A stretch of DNA of 64,000 bases, from positions 1,191,406 through 1,255,405 of the forward strand of contig CBDAUG010000001.1 in NCBI GenBank assembly GCA_965200495.1, written 5' to 3'. The notes beneath the pieces are model-generated. The model did not search any database. It was given only the letters and a program-made list of their open reading frames with translations, and was not told the DNA's origin. This document shows, one piece after another, positions 37,778-47,790 of this stretch. Position 1 is the stretch's first letter; every line of letters starts with the position of its first letter. Source of the stretch: Alphaproteobacteria bacterium. GTDB taxonomy: Bacteria > Pseudomonadota > Alphaproteobacteria > SP197. Both the position numbers and the translations under genes were made by a program.

Positions 37778-38871
37778 CCTTCTATGCACCCATGAAGGCG
37801 CCGTACCACGAACGGCCCTCGGGTGATCGAACGATGGCACGACAGTTCCTGCGCCTTCTGGGCGAACTCGGACACAACGTGGACGTCGCCTCGACGCTGC
37901 GCGCATGGGAGCATGGCGACGAGAAACGCCAGGAGGCGATCCTTGAGGCGGCGGTCCGGGAAAGGGAACGTCTCCTCAGCCGCTGGCAGTCCCGGCCGCC
38001 CCACGCGTGGTTCACCTATCATCTCTACCACAAGGCGCCCGATCACCTCGGACCGGCCATCGCCGATGCCCTGGGAATTCCCTATGTCGTCGCCGAGCCG
38101 TCGATATCTCCCGCCCGGGCTCACGGCCGGTGGCGGCGTCCCTGGGCCCATGCACGGGCAGCCCTCGAGCGTGCCGATGTTCTGCTGACCATGACGATGA
38201 AGGACGAACGGGGTCTCCTCGCCGCCGGTTTGCCGTGTCGCAGGATCGTGCGCCTGCCACCCTTCATCGATGCTGCGGATGCACCGGTCGCGAGGATGGA
38301 GGCGCGGCGCACCCTTGTTCGGGACTTCGGTCTTGATGGAGAGCGCATGATTGCCATCACCGTGGCCATGATGCGCGCCGGCGACAAGCTTGAGTCCTAC
38401 CGCGTCCTGGCCCGGGTGCTGGCGGCGCTGGATCGCGACGACTTTCATCTTCTGGTTGTCGGCGACGGTCCGTCGCGCGGCGAGGTTGAACACCTCCTCG
38501 CCGGGCGCGCCGTCTTCACCGGGGTCCGTGACGAGGACTCGATCCGGCAGATCCTGGCCGGGTGCGACGTCTTCATCTGGCCCGCCATCAACGAGGCTTA
38601 TGGCATGGCGATCCTTCTCGCCCAGGCCTGCGGATGCCCGGTGGTCGCCGGTGACGCGCCGGGGGTCGGCGAGATCATCGGTCATGGCGACACCGGTCTT
38701 CTGGCACCGTCAGGCGATGCGGCAGCGCTGGCTCTTGCCGTTTCCCGCCTGCTCGACGATCCGGATCTGCGCCGGTCCATGGGGGATGCCGGACGACGCC
38801 ATGTCCTCGCGAATCATTCGCGCGATACGGCCCGGCGCATTCTCGGCCGGGCGCTGGAGACGCGGCCGTGA
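37768..38871 (+). CDS. Glycosyltransferase family 1 (GT4-type)
   Basis: 367 aa. GT1 C-terminal E-x7-E region (FIWPAINEAYGMAILLAQACGCPVVAGDAPGVGEII). Overlaps the upstream gene by 10 nt. Confidence 0.8.
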   Translation: MRVAFYAPMKAPYHERPSGDRTMARQFLRLLGELGHNVDVASTLRAWEHGDEKRQEAILEAAVRERERLLSRWQSRPPHAWFTYHLYHKAPDHLGPAIADALGIPYVVAEPSISPARAHGRWRRPWAHARAALERADVLLTMTMKDERGLLAAGLPCRRIVRLPPFIDAADAPVARMEARRTLVRDFGLDGERMIAITVAMMRAGDKLESYRVLARVLAALDRDDFHLLVVGDGPSRGEVEHLLAGRAVFTGVRDEDSIRQILAGCDVFIWPAINEAYGMAILLAQACGCPVVAGDAPGVGEIIGHGDTGLLAPSGDAAALALAVSRLLDDPDLRRSMGDAGRRHVLANHSRDTARRILGRALETRP

Positions 38872-39458
38872 AACTCGCGTTGCTGAGACATGCGCAGACA
38901 AAGTGGAACGAGGCAGGCCGGCTCCAGGGTCTGAGCGACATAGGGCTCTCGAGGACAGGCAGGACCGCGGCCAGGGCCTGGCGGTTGCCCGGTCACCTGC
39001 ATGGCTGGCGACGGCTTTCGAGTCCGTTGCTGAGAGCGCTGGAAACGGCTGCGCTCACGGGTTTGGCGGATCCGGAGATTGAACCGCGGCTGCGCGAAAT
39101 GGATTGGGGAGACTGGGAAGGCAAGACGCTCGACAGTCTGCGCCATGCCGATCCATCGGCCATGTCCGCCAACGAGGCAGCGGGTCTCGACTTTCGCCCC
39201 CCTGACGGCGAAAGCCCCCGGGACGTCCGGCGCCGTCTCCTCGATCTTGTCCGGGACCTTGCGGCAGACGGCCGCCACACGGTTGCCGTGACACATCGCG
39301 GTGTGATGCGCGCAGCCCTCTCGGCTGCCACAGGCTGGGATTTCACAGGCGCGCCGCCCATCAGGATGCCGCGATACGGACTGCTGATGCTCACCGTGGA
39401 CGACAACGCGGCAGTCGTTCCCGACGATCCCCCTGTCATTGCGACGGGAGGAGGCTGA
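38868..39458 (+). CDS. Histidine phosphatase family protein (phosphoglycerate-mutase-like)
   Basis: N-terminal LLRHAQTKWN (catalytic RHG-type His) and a later VTHRGVMRA motif (second His). 196 aa. GTG start overlaps the upstream stop (GTGA). Confidence 0.75.
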   Translation: MKLALLRHAQTKWNEAGRLQGLSDIGLSRTGRTAARAWRLPGHLHGWRRLSSPLLRALETAALTGLADPEIEPRLREMDWGDWEGKTLDSLRHADPSAMSANEAAGLDFRPPDGESPRDVRRRLLDLVRDLAADGRHTVAVTHRGVMRAALSAATGWDFTGAPPIRMPRYGLLMLTVDDNAAVVPDDPPVIATGGG

Positions 39459-40588
39459 TGGACGGGCCGGTTCTCTTCTGGGTCCAGCATCTCTTGGGAA
39501 GCGGCCATCTCAAGCGCGTGGCGCGCATTGCGTCGGTGCTGGCCGGGAACGGCACGGCGGCGGTGATCGCGTCGGGAGGCATGCCTGTGGCGACTCTCGA
39601 TACGGGAAAGGCCCGTCTCGTCCAGTTGCCGGCGGTGCGTGCGGGTGATGAGACGTTCTCCAGGCTTGTGGACGCTGCAGGGCGGCCCGTGGACGCGGCC
39701 TTTCTCGATGATCGCCGCCGCCGCCTCGAAGACCTGGTTGGTCAACTCGACGCGCGTCTTGTGGTCACCGAGACCTGGCCGTTTGGCAGGCGCCAGCTCA
39801 CGGCGGAAGTGCTCGCTCTTGTTGCTGCCGCACGCCGTCATCGCTGCAACACGATGGTGGTCAGTTCGGTGCGGGACATTCTTCAGCGCCCGTCAAGGCC
39901 CGAACGCCACGACACCATGCGCGACCTGGCGCTGCAGCACTGCGATCACGTCATGGTACACGGAGTCGAGAGCTTCGTGCCGTTCGGGAAGACCTTTTGC
40001 CATGCTGGGGCCTTGAGCCACCTGCTTCACTACACAGGCTACGTCGCCGACGCGCCGCCGGTCGTCAGCGAATGGGGTCCCGGCCGCGGGGAAATCGTGG
40101 TCTCTGCTGGCGGCGGGGCTGTCGGAGAAGGTCTCCTCAAGGCAGCCATGGCGGCGCCAGCGTACTCGAAGCGCGCCCGCCGGAAACGGTGGCGGCTCCT
40201 GGTCGGTGACAGCGGTCTTGCGCCATGCGAACAACAGGGCATGGTGGCCGAACCCAATCGTTCCGATTTTCCCGAACTTCTTCGCCGTTGCGCCGTTTCG
40301 GTGTCGCAGGGTGGCTACAACACGGTGGCGGAGATCCTTGGCGCCGGCGCCCGGGCCGTCGTCGTGCCATGGTCAGCGGCCGGCGAAACCGAACAGACGG
40401 AGCGCGCACGGCACTTGCAGCAGCGCCGGCTTGCCATCGTTCTCGATGACGCGGCACTGACACCCCGAAGCATGGCAAGGGCTGTCGATGAAGCCTTCGA
40501 CCTCGAACCAGGGAACATGGGGGACATCAGGCTCGATGGTGCCGGCGAGAGCGCCAGGCTTATCGCTGACTGGCTGCGCCATGGCTGA
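39458..40588 (+). CDS. Glycosyltransferase, COG4671 / GT28-MGT-like (paralog of 33326..34573)
   Basis: N-terminal FWVQHLLGSGHLKRVARIASVL parallels YSHDSFGLGHLRRCRAIAHAM of the paralog. C-terminal GGYNTVAEIL. GGAGGAGG RBS. TGATG overlap with the upstream gene. Confidence 0.65.
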   Translation: MDGPVLFWVQHLLGSGHLKRVARIASVLAGNGTAAVIASGGMPVATLDTGKARLVQLPAVRAGDETFSRLVDAAGRPVDAAFLDDRRRRLEDLVGQLDARLVVTETWPFGRRQLTAEVLALVAAARRHRCNTMVVSSVRDILQRPSRPERHDTMRDLALQHCDHVMVHGVESFVPFGKTFCHAGALSHLLHYTGYVADAPPVVSEWGPGRGEIVVSAGGGAVGEGLLKAAMAAPAYSKRARRKRWRLLVGDSGLAPCEQQGMVAEPNRSDFPELLRRCAVSVSQGGYNTVAEILGAGARAVVVPWSAAGETEQTERARHLQQRRLAIVLDDAALTPRSMARAVDEAFDLEPGNMGDIRLDGAGESARLIADWLRHG

Positions 40589-41354
40589 CTGGACGGCGCT
40601 GGTGCGGGAGCTTGGCCTGTGGGCGCAATCAGGACGGACGGCGACGTTCTGGTGGCGGGACGACGATGCCGGCAACGATGTCGCGAAACTCAAGGAGCTC
40701 CTTCATCTGCAACAGAGTCTCGGCGTTCCCCTTGCCATCGCCGTGGTGCCGGGCTGGCTGAGCGATGAGGTCGCAGCGCTCATTGCCGGGACGGGCGATA
40801 TCCATGTATTGCAGCACGGCGTGGCCCATGCCGACCACAGCGCAGGCAGGGGGCGCAGAATGGAGCTCTGTGACAGGGCCCTGTCTTCCGGTCTCCGCCA
40901 AGCCCTGATACGGTCGCGAAACGTGCTTCGCGCATCCTTTCCGTCGACACTGAGGGAGGTCATGGTACCCCCATGGAACAGGATTGATGAGGCGGTGGTT
41001 TCCATCCTTGCCAGGAGCGGATTTGTTGGTCTCTCGACACTCGGTCCACGGCGCGGCGCACGAAGGCACGGTCTTGTTGTCAACAACGTTCATGTCGATA
41101 TCATCGACTGGAAGGCGGGAAGGCGGTTTGCCGGCGACAAAGCCTGCCTGGAAGCATCGCTCAGACACCTCGAAGATCGCCGCCTTGGTGTCGTGGACTC
41201 CGCGGAAGCCACAGGGCTGATGACTCATCACCTCGTTCACGACGCAGCATGTCGCACCTTCATTGACCGATTCGTCCATACCGTTGCGCGGCACCCGGCG
41301 GGCCGCTGGCTCTCCGCCGGCACGGTGTTTGCCGCAGGGGGGGCGGATGCATGA
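40578..41354 (+). CDS. Polysaccharide-deacetylase-like (NodB-fold) protein
   Basis: ORF 40488..41354 trimmed to the ATG at 40578, which overlaps the upstream stop. ATFWWRDDD and a His-rich VLQHGVAHADH motif are present. About 259 aa. Confidence 0.55.
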   Translation, partial: AMADWTALVRELGLWAQSGRTATFWWRDDDAGNDVAKLKELLHLQQSLGVPLAIAVVPGWLSDEVAALIAGTGDIHVLQHGVAHADHSAGRGRRMELCDRALSSGLRQALIRSRNVLRASFPSTLREVMVPPWNRIDEAVVSILARSGFVGLSTLGPRRGARRHGLVVNNVHVDIIDWKAGRRFAGDKACLEASLRHLEDRRLGVVDSAEATGLMTHHLVHDAACRTFIDRFVHTVARHPAGRWLSAGTVFAAGGADA

Positions 41355-41884
41355 AGGCACCCGGGGTTCTTTGCTATGATACCCGGAGCATCGCAGCCGA
41401 CTATGCGCGTGCCGTGTTCGGCGCGGTGGTATGCCTCGCGCCGCCGCTGCTGATGGACGTCGCTGCCGTGCTGGCGTGGATCCTGGTGGCGATGGGTGCG
41501 CTGTTCGTGGCCTTCGGCCTGAGAACCCTGCTGCGCCATCTGACCGTCTATGAACTCACCCCGGAAGGGATGACAGCCAGCGGACCGCTTGGCGCTGCGG
41601 TTTCCTGGGAGGACCTGACGGCCATCAACCTCGCCTATTTTCAGACGCGCCCGCGGCGCAAGATCATCACACAGTCCCCGAGCGGCTGGATGGAGCTCAC
41701 CCTTCGCGAGGGGCGCCAGACCATCAAGGTCGATTCCTCCCTTCAGGGATTCGATGATGTCGTCGGCGAGGCCGCCCGGGTTGCCCGCGAGCGTGGATTG
41801 ACGCTCAATTCGGTGACGCTCGCCAACCTGGCGGCCATGGGGTTCGTCCACGCTTCGCCGGAAAGCGGGGAGGTGTCGTTGTGA
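41351..41884 (+). CDS. Membrane protein with two N-terminal TM helices and a bacterial PH-like (YdbT/bPH) domain
   Basis: 177 aa. Hydrophobic segments AVFGAVVCLAPPLL and VLAWILVAMGALFVAFGL. The C-terminal segment has a bPH-like fold prediction from pattern only. ATGA overlap with the upstream gene. Confidence 0.45.
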   Translation: MKAPGVLCYDTRSIAADYARAVFGAVVCLAPPLLMDVAAVLAWILVAMGALFVAFGLRTLLRHLTVYELTPEGMTASGPLGAAVSWEDLTAINLAYFQTRPRRKIITQSPSGWMELTLREGRQTIKVDSSLQGFDDVVGEAARVARERGLTLNSVTLANLAAMGFVHASPESGEVSL

Positions 41885-43749
41885 CCCCGCTCATCGAGGT
41901 CGACGATCTCCACATCAGCTTCCGGATCGGCGATGGCACCGTCGAAGCTGTCAAGGGGGTGTCGCTCACCATGTTGCCGGCGCGCACCCTTGCACTGGTG
42001 GGTGAATCGGGCTCCGGCAAGACCGTGATCTCCCAGGCCATCATGCGCATTCTGCCGCGCGTTGCCGAGATCACCTCGGGCCGCATCCTGTTTCACGACC
42101 CTCACAACCGTGATGGAGGGCCGGTCGATATCGTTTCCCTCGAGGAGAATGGTCGGGGGATGAGAGCCATCCGTGGCGGGCGCATATCGGTGATCTTCCA
42201 GGAGCCGATGACATCCCTCTCGCCGTTGCATACGGTGGGTGATCAGGTCGGTGAAGCCCTCCATCTCCACCGCCGCTGCTCAAGGGCCGAAGGCCATGAA
42301 CTGACCATCGACATGCTGCGCCTTGCCGGTTTTCCGGATGCGCGCGCCGCCTTCAACAGCTACCCCTTCGAACTGTCCGGTGGTCTGCGTCAACGCGCCA
42401 TGATCGCCATGGCGCTGGTCTGTCGTCCGGCGTTGCTGATCGCCGATGAACCCACCACCGCTCTTGATGTCACCGTCCAGGCACAGATCCTCAAGCTGGT
42501 GAACGACCTCAAGGCCGAGCTTTCCATGGCCGTGTTGATGATCACGCACGATCTCGGTGTTGTCGCCAACGTCGCCGAGGACATTGTGGTGATGTACCAC
42601 GGCAGGATCATGGAACGGGGCTCCCTCGACGACATCTTCCATCGGGCTCGCCATCCCTATCTCAAGGGACTGCTGGCGGCCGTGCCACGCTTTGGTCTTC
42701 GTCCCGGAGAGCGGCTGGTTCCGCTGCGCACGATACCGATGACGAACATTGCTTCCATGAGCCGGACGGGAGTGCGCGGGAACGCCGGCGAAACGCTGCT
42801 TTCGGTGCATGGTCTCGTGAAGACATTCACCACCCGCAAATCCGGATTGCTGGCCCGGGCCCGGACCTCCCATGTTGCGGTCAACGATGTCAGCTTCGAG
42901 GTGCGGCGCGGCGAGTGCCTTGGTCTGGTCGGCGAGTCGGGATGCGGCAAGACCACGACAAGCAAGCTCATACTGAGGGCTCTCGACCCCGATGCGGGAA
43001 CCATCACCTTCCTTGACGACGGGGTGCCGCGGGACGTCTTTGCCCTGAAGGACAAGGACCTCTTCGCCTACCGCAGGAAGGTGCAGTTCATCTTCCAGGA
43101 CCCATTCGGATCGCTCAATCCACGCATGACGGTGTTCGACATCATCGTCGAACCACTGCTGATTCATGGTGTGGGTAACGCCGAAGGGCGCGCCGAAAGG
43201 GTCAAGGATCTCATCAATGTCGTCGGCCTGGATGTCCGCCACCTGCGCCGCTATCCGCACAGTTTTTCCGGAGGGCAGCGTCAGCGGATCGGCATTGCCC
43301 GGGCCCTTGCCCTTGAACCGGAGCTGCTGATCTGCGATGAACCGGTCTCGGCTCTCGACGTGTCGATCCAGGCGCAGGTTCTCAACCTGCTGAAGGACCT
43401 GCAACGGGAGATGGGCCTCACCTACATCTTCATTTCGCACAATCTCGCCGTGGTCGACTACATGGCCGACCGCATTGCCGTGATGTGTGCCGGGCGTCTC
43501 GTCGAGCAGGCGAGTCGCGAGGAACTGTTCAGCAATCCGGTGCATCCCTACACCCGGGCCCTGCTCGCCGCGGTTCCCGAGCCCGACCCCGAACGCCAGC
43601 TTGATCTCTCACTGCTCATGGAAGGCCGCGCCTCCGTTCCGGGCGAGTGGCCCGAGCCCTTCAGGGAGACCGGCTGCCTCGGGATCGTCAGCGTCGGCGC
43701 CGATCACTGGGTGCGGGCCACGGCAGAGCCGGGAGACGTCCGGATATGA
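41881..43749 (+). CDS. Fused double-NBD ABC ATP-binding protein of a peptide/opine importer (YejF/DppDF-like)
   Basis: 622 aa with two complete NBDs (GESGSGKT... [12 protein letters not shown]... [10 protein letters not shown], and GESGCGKTT... [12 protein letters not shown]... [10 protein letters not shown]). GTGA overlap with the upstream gene. Confidence 0.85.
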   Translation: MTPLIEVDDLHISFRIGDGTVEAVKGVSLTMLPARTLALVGESGSGKTVISQAIMRILPRVAEITSGRILFHDPHNRDGGPVDIVSLEENGRGMRAIRGGRISVIFQEPMTSLSPLHTVGDQVGEALHLHRRCSRAEGHELTIDMLRLAGFPDARAAFNSYPFELSGGLRQRAMIAMALVCRPALLIADEPTTALDVTVQAQILKLVNDLKAELSMAVLMITHDLGVVANVAEDIVVMYHGRIMERGSLDDIFHRARHPYLKGLLAAVPRFGLRPGERLVPLRTIPMTNIASMSRTGVRGNAGETLLSVHGLVKTFTTRKSGLLARARTSHVAVNDVSFEVRRGECLGLVGESGCGKTTTSKLILRALDPDAGTITFLDDGVPRDVFALKDKDLFAYRRKVQFIFQDPFGSLNPRMTVFDIIVEPLLIHGVGNAEGRAERVKDLINVVGLDVRHLRRYPHSFSGGQRQRIGIARALALEPELLICDEPVSALDVSIQAQVLNLLKDLQREMGLTYIFISHNLAVVDYMADRIAVMCAGRLVEQASREELFSNPVHPYTRALLAAVPEPDPERQLDLSLLMEGRASVPGEWPEPFRETGCLGIVSVGADHWVRATAEPGDVRI

Positions 43750-45632
43750 GCGGGCGTGTCGCAGTGGCGCTGCTTGTGGCGTTTCTCGCCATGCCTGTCC
43801 CGGCGTCCGAGGCGCCCTGGTTTGCGGAACAGGTCGCTTCCGGCGATCTGCCGGCCCTTCACGAGCGTCTGCCGGACAACCCGCGCGTTGTCGACGATGG
43901 CCGGGAAACCGGCGACTACGGCGGCGACTGGAACATGCTGATCGCGCGCAGCAAGGACACGCGAATCCTCGCGGTCTTCGGCTACGCCCGGCTGATCGGA
44001 TACGACAAGACCTTCACCCTTCAACCGGATCTCCTCGACTCCTTCACCGTCGAGGACGGGCGCATCTTCACCTTCCGCTTGCGCAGAGGCCACCGATGGT
44101 CGGATGGTCATCCCTTTAGCTCAGAGGATTTTCGCTACTGGTGGGAGGACGTTGCCGGCAACCCTGAACTCTCTCCGTCGGGCCCGCCGACTGCCATGCG
44201 CGCCGGCGGCGTCTTGCCTCTTTTCGAAGTCATCAGCGACGAGGTCGTGCGCTACACCTGGCCCGTTCCCAACCCCGATTTCCTGCCGGCACTGGCCGGT
44301 GCTGCGCCCCTCTTCATCTACCGTCCGGCGCACTACATGAAGCAGTTCCACGTGGATCATGGTGACGCCGAGGCCATCCGGCGTCAGGCCACCGAGGCCG
44401 GCAAGCCTGGCTGGGCATCGCTTCACAACGCCAACGACAACCTCTATCGCTTCGACAACCCCGACCTTCCCACACTGCAGCCATGGTTCATCACCAACGA
44501 GGCGCCGGCCCAGCGGTTCATCGCGGAGCGAAATCCCTTCTTTCACAGGGTGGATGCCCGGGGGCGGCAGCTTCCCTACATTGACCGCGTCGTCATGACC
44601 GTCGTTGACAGCAAGCTCATCCCCCTCAAGACGTGGGCCGGGGAAGCCGATCTGCAGGTACGGGGGCTTGCCTTCAACGACTACACCTTCCTGAAGGAAG
44701 GAGAGGAGCACAACGACTACCAGGTACGGCTGTGGCAGACGGCGAGAGGGAGCCAGCTGGCACTCTATCCCAATCTCAACGTCGCCGATCCGGTGTGGCG
44801 CACGGTGCTGCGGGACCTTCGCTTCAGGCGGGCTCTTTCGCTGGCCATCAACCGCCGGGAGATCAACCAGGTGATCTACTTCGGTCTCGGCATCGAAGGG
44901 CAGAACACGGTTCTTCCCGCATCGCCCCTCCACCGCGCCGAGTTCCGGGATGCCTGGGCCCAGTTCGATCTTGAGGAGGCCAATCGGCTGCTCGACGACA
45001 TGGGACTCATTGTCGATGACGGCATGCGCCTGCTTCCCGATGGCAGACCGCTGGAAATCATCGTCGAGACCGCGGGCGAGAACCCCGAAGAGACCGACAT
45101 ACTCGAACTGATCCACGATTCCTGGGCAGCGGCCGGAATCAAGCTCTATCCCAAACCCCTGCAGCGAGAGGTCCTGCGCAACCGCATCTTTGCCGGGGAG
45201 ACGGTGATGGCCATGTGGTTCGGCAATGAGAACGGCGTACCCGTGGCCGACATGAGTCCCGGTGAGTTCGCTCCGACGACCCAACAGCTGCTGATGTGGC
45301 CGCGGTGGGGCCAGCACCACGAAACCGGCGGTGCCGCCGGGGAGCCGATCGACATGGAAGTGCCGCGCCGCCTTATGGATCTCTATCTCGCTTGGCGCAC
45401 CAGCAGGACCTCCGATGAGCGCCGGGCCATCTGGGACGAGATGCTGGAACTCTACTGCAACGGGGTCTACTCCATCGGCCTGGTTGCCGGCATCCTCCAG
45501 CCCCTTGCCGTCTCGAACCGGATGAGGAACGTGCCGGCGGAAGCCATCTACAACTGGGATCCCGGAGCCCAGCTCGGTGTGTGGCAACCTGACACCTTCT
45601 TCTTCGTCGATGGCGACGACGGTCGGTCATGA
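43746..45632 (+). CDS. ABC transporter substrate-binding protein, family 5 (YejA/oligopeptide-like)
   Basis: ORF 43647..45632, start at the ATG at 43746, overlapping the upstream stop. Signal peptide [23 protein letters not shown]. The roughly 628 aa size fits YejA-type SBPs. Confidence 0.85.
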   Translation: MSGRVAVALLVAFLAMPVPASEAPWFAEQVASGDLPALHERLPDNPRVVDDGRETGDYGGDWNMLIARSKDTRILAVFGYARLIGYDKTFTLQPDLLDSFTVEDGRIFTFRLRRGHRWSDGHPFSSEDFRYWWEDVAGNPELSPSGPPTAMRAGGVLPLFEVISDEVVRYTWPVPNPDFLPALAGAAPLFIYRPAHYMKQFHVDHGDAEAIRRQATEAGKPGWASLHNANDNLYRFDNPDLPTLQPWFITNEAPAQRFIAERNPFFHRVDARGRQLPYIDRVVMTVVDSKLIPLKTWAGEADLQVRGLAFNDYTFLKEGEEHNDYQVRLWQTARGSQLALYPNLNVADPVWRTVLRDLRFRRALSLAINRREINQVIYFGLGIEGQNTVLPASPLHRAEFRDAWAQFDLEEANRLLDDMGLIVDDGMRLLPDGRPLEIIVETAGENPEETDILELIHDSWAAAGIKLYPKPLQREVLRNRIFAGETVMAMWFGNENGVPVADMSPGEFAPTTQQLLMWPRWGQHHETGGAAGEPIDMEVPRRLMDLYLAWRTSRTSDERRAIWDEMLELYCNGVYSIGLVAGILQPLAVSNRMRNVPAEAIYNWDPGAQLGVWQPDTFFFVDGDDGRS

Positions 45633-46627
45633 TCGCCTTCACTGTCCACAGGCTCATCATCATGGTGCCGACGCTGATCGGCATCAGCCTCATCACCTTT
45701 GTCATCATCCAGCTTCCGCCCGGCGATTTCCTGTCGACCATGATTGCCGAATGCGAGGCCCAGGGTGAGTCGGGTTGCATGGAACAGATTGGCATATACC
45801 GCCAGGAGTTCGGTCTCGACCGGCCCATGTCGCATCAGTACGTGATATGGGTTGCTGACCTTGTCCGGGGCGACATGGGAATCAGCTTCGAATACAACCG
45901 GCCGGTGGCCGAGGTCATCGGCGAGAGCCTTTGGCTTACCATCATTGTTTCCGGCGCGACCATCATCTTTACCTGGGTTGTCGCCTTTCCCATCGGGGTC
46001 TACTCGGCGACACATCAGTATTCCTGGGGCGATCACGGGCTCACCTTCCTGGGATTTCTCGGCCTGGCGACGCCCAATTTCCTGCTCGCCCTTGTGCTGC
46101 TGTTCCTCGGGAACGTGTGGTTCGGGACATCGATTGGCGGTCTCATGGATCCCGTCTATATCGATCAGCCCTGGACCTGGGGAAAATTCCTCTCGATCCT
46201 CGAACACCTGTGGATTCCGGTGGTGGTGATCGGCACCTCCGGCACGGCGGGCATGATCCGCCGCCTTCGCGCCAATCTGCTTGACGAACTCCACAGGCAG
46301 TATGTCGTCACGGCGAAGGCCAAGGGCCTGCATCCGGCGCGCGTGCTTGTCCGCTACCCGCTGCGCATGGCCCTCAATCCGTTCATTGCCGATATCGGCA
46401 ATCTTCTTCCCCAGGTCATCTCAGGAGCGGTGATCGTGTCGGTGGTGCTGTCGCTCCCCACCACCGGCCCCATCCTTCTGCGCGCCCTGCAGACCCAGGA
46501 CATGTATCTCGCCGGTTCGTTCCTGATGTGTCTGGCGCTGCTGACCGTTCTCGGGGTGCTGGCCTCCGATCTGCTGCTGGCGCTGCTCGATCCACGCATC
46601 CGTCTGGGGAGCAGCGGGAACAGGTAA
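45629..46627 (+). CDS. ABC transporter permease (YejB/DppB-like)
   Basis: 332 aa, 6 TM. ABC permease EAA-like loop. ATGA overlap upstream. Confidence 0.85.
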   Translation: MIAFTVHRLIIMVPTLIGISLITFVIIQLPPGDFLSTMIAECEAQGESGCMEQIGIYRQEFGLDRPMSHQYVIWVADLVRGDMGISFEYNRPVAEVIGESLWLTIIVSGATIIFTWVVAFPIGVYSATHQYSWGDHGLTFLGFLGLATPNFLLALVLLFLGNVWFGTSIGGLMDPVYIDQPWTWGKFLSILEHLWIPVVVIGTSGTAGMIRRLRANLLDELHRQYVVTAKAKGLHPARVLVRYPLRMALNPFIADIGNLLPQVISGAVIVSVVLSLPTTGPILLRALQTQDMYLAGSFLMCLALLTVLGVLASDLLLALLDPRIRLGSSGNR

Positions 46628-47790
46628 TGAGCGGCGCACCTGGCCAGACCGATCACTGGGCCGACACCCGGCCGTGGGATCCTCATGACGTCGACAAGCT
46701 GACACCGGAGCTGGAGCGCTTCTATCTCGCCAACCAGTGGACGCTGATGTGGTGGAAGTTCCGCCGCCACCGCCTCGCCGTCATTTCCGGCATGATCCTC
46801 CTGGCGACGTTCTTTTCCATCGCCGTTTCAGAGATTCTCGCTCCCTACAATCTCCATACGCGCAACACTGATCACATCTATGCGCCGCCGCAGATGGTGC
46901 GGCTGTTTCACGAAGGCCGGTTCATCGGACCCTTCGTCTACGGCTACGACTATCATCTCGACATGTCCAACCTGCAGCGGGTCTACACCCCGGATCCAAC
47001 CAGGGTCGAACCTCTGCGATTCTTCTGCCTGGGGGATGCGTACACGTTCTGGGGCATGGTCGAGATGCGCTTCCATGTCGTCTGTCCGGCCGAGGGCGGC
47101 ACCCTCTTCCTGCTGGGAACCGACAGGCTGGGGCGCGATCTCCTGTCGAGGATTCTCATGGGTGCGCGCATATCGCTCACCGTGGGCCTCATCGGCATCG
47201 CCATCAGCTTCCTCCTGGGGATCGTCCTGGGTGGCCTTTCGGGCTACTACGGCGGCTGGGTCGACAGCCTTGTTCAGCGCACGATCGAGATCATCCGCAG
47301 TTTCCCGGAGTTACCCTTGTGGATGGCGTTGTCGGCGGCCCTGCCGATCACCTGGAGCCCGGTCCTGGTCTATTTCGGCATCACCATCATCCTCGGCCTC
47401 TTCGACTGGACCGGTCTGGCGCGGGCCGTGCGTTCGAAACTGCTGGCCCTGCGGGAGGAAGACTTTGCCACGGCCGCCGTGCTGATGGGCGCAAAGCCGT
47501 CACGGGTCATCTTTCGTCACCTGCTTCCGGGCTTCACCAGCCACCTCATTGCCTCGGCGACCCTTTCCGTTCCCGGCATGATCCTCGGAGAGACGGCGCT
47601 CTCCTTCCTGGGTCTGGGTCTCAGGCCACCGATCACGAGCTGGGGCGTTCTCCTCAACGAGGCCCAGAACATCAACATCGTGGCGCTCTATCCCTGGCTC
47701 ATGCTGCCCGTCGTTCCCGTCATCATTGTCGTCCTCGCCTTCAACTTCCTCGGCGACGGACTGCGCGACGCCGCCGATCCCTACCGCTAG
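46627..47790 (+). CDS. ABC transporter permease (YejE/DppC-like)
   Basis: ORF 46528..47790, start at the ATG at 46627 (TAATG overlap). A long N-terminal periplasmic extension precedes 6 TM, as in YejE. Confidence 0.85.
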   Translation: MSGAPGQTDHWADTRPWDPHDVDKLTPELERFYLANQWTLMWWKFRRHRLAVISGMILLATFFSIAVSEILAPYNLHTRNTDHIYAPPQMVRLFHEGRFIGPFVYGYDYHLDMSNLQRVYTPDPTRVEPLRFFCLGDAYTFWGMVEMRFHVVCPAEGGTLFLLGTDRLGRDLLSRILMGARISLTVGLIGIAISFLLGIVLGGLSGYYGGWVDSLVQRTIEIIRSFPELPLWMALSAALPITWSPVLVYFGITIILGLFDWTGLARAVRSKLLALREEDFATAAVLMGAKPSRVIFRHLLPGFTSHLIASATLSVPGMILGETALSFLGLGLRPPITSWGVLLNEAQNINIVALYPWLMLPVVPVIIVVLAFNFLGDGLRDAADPYR

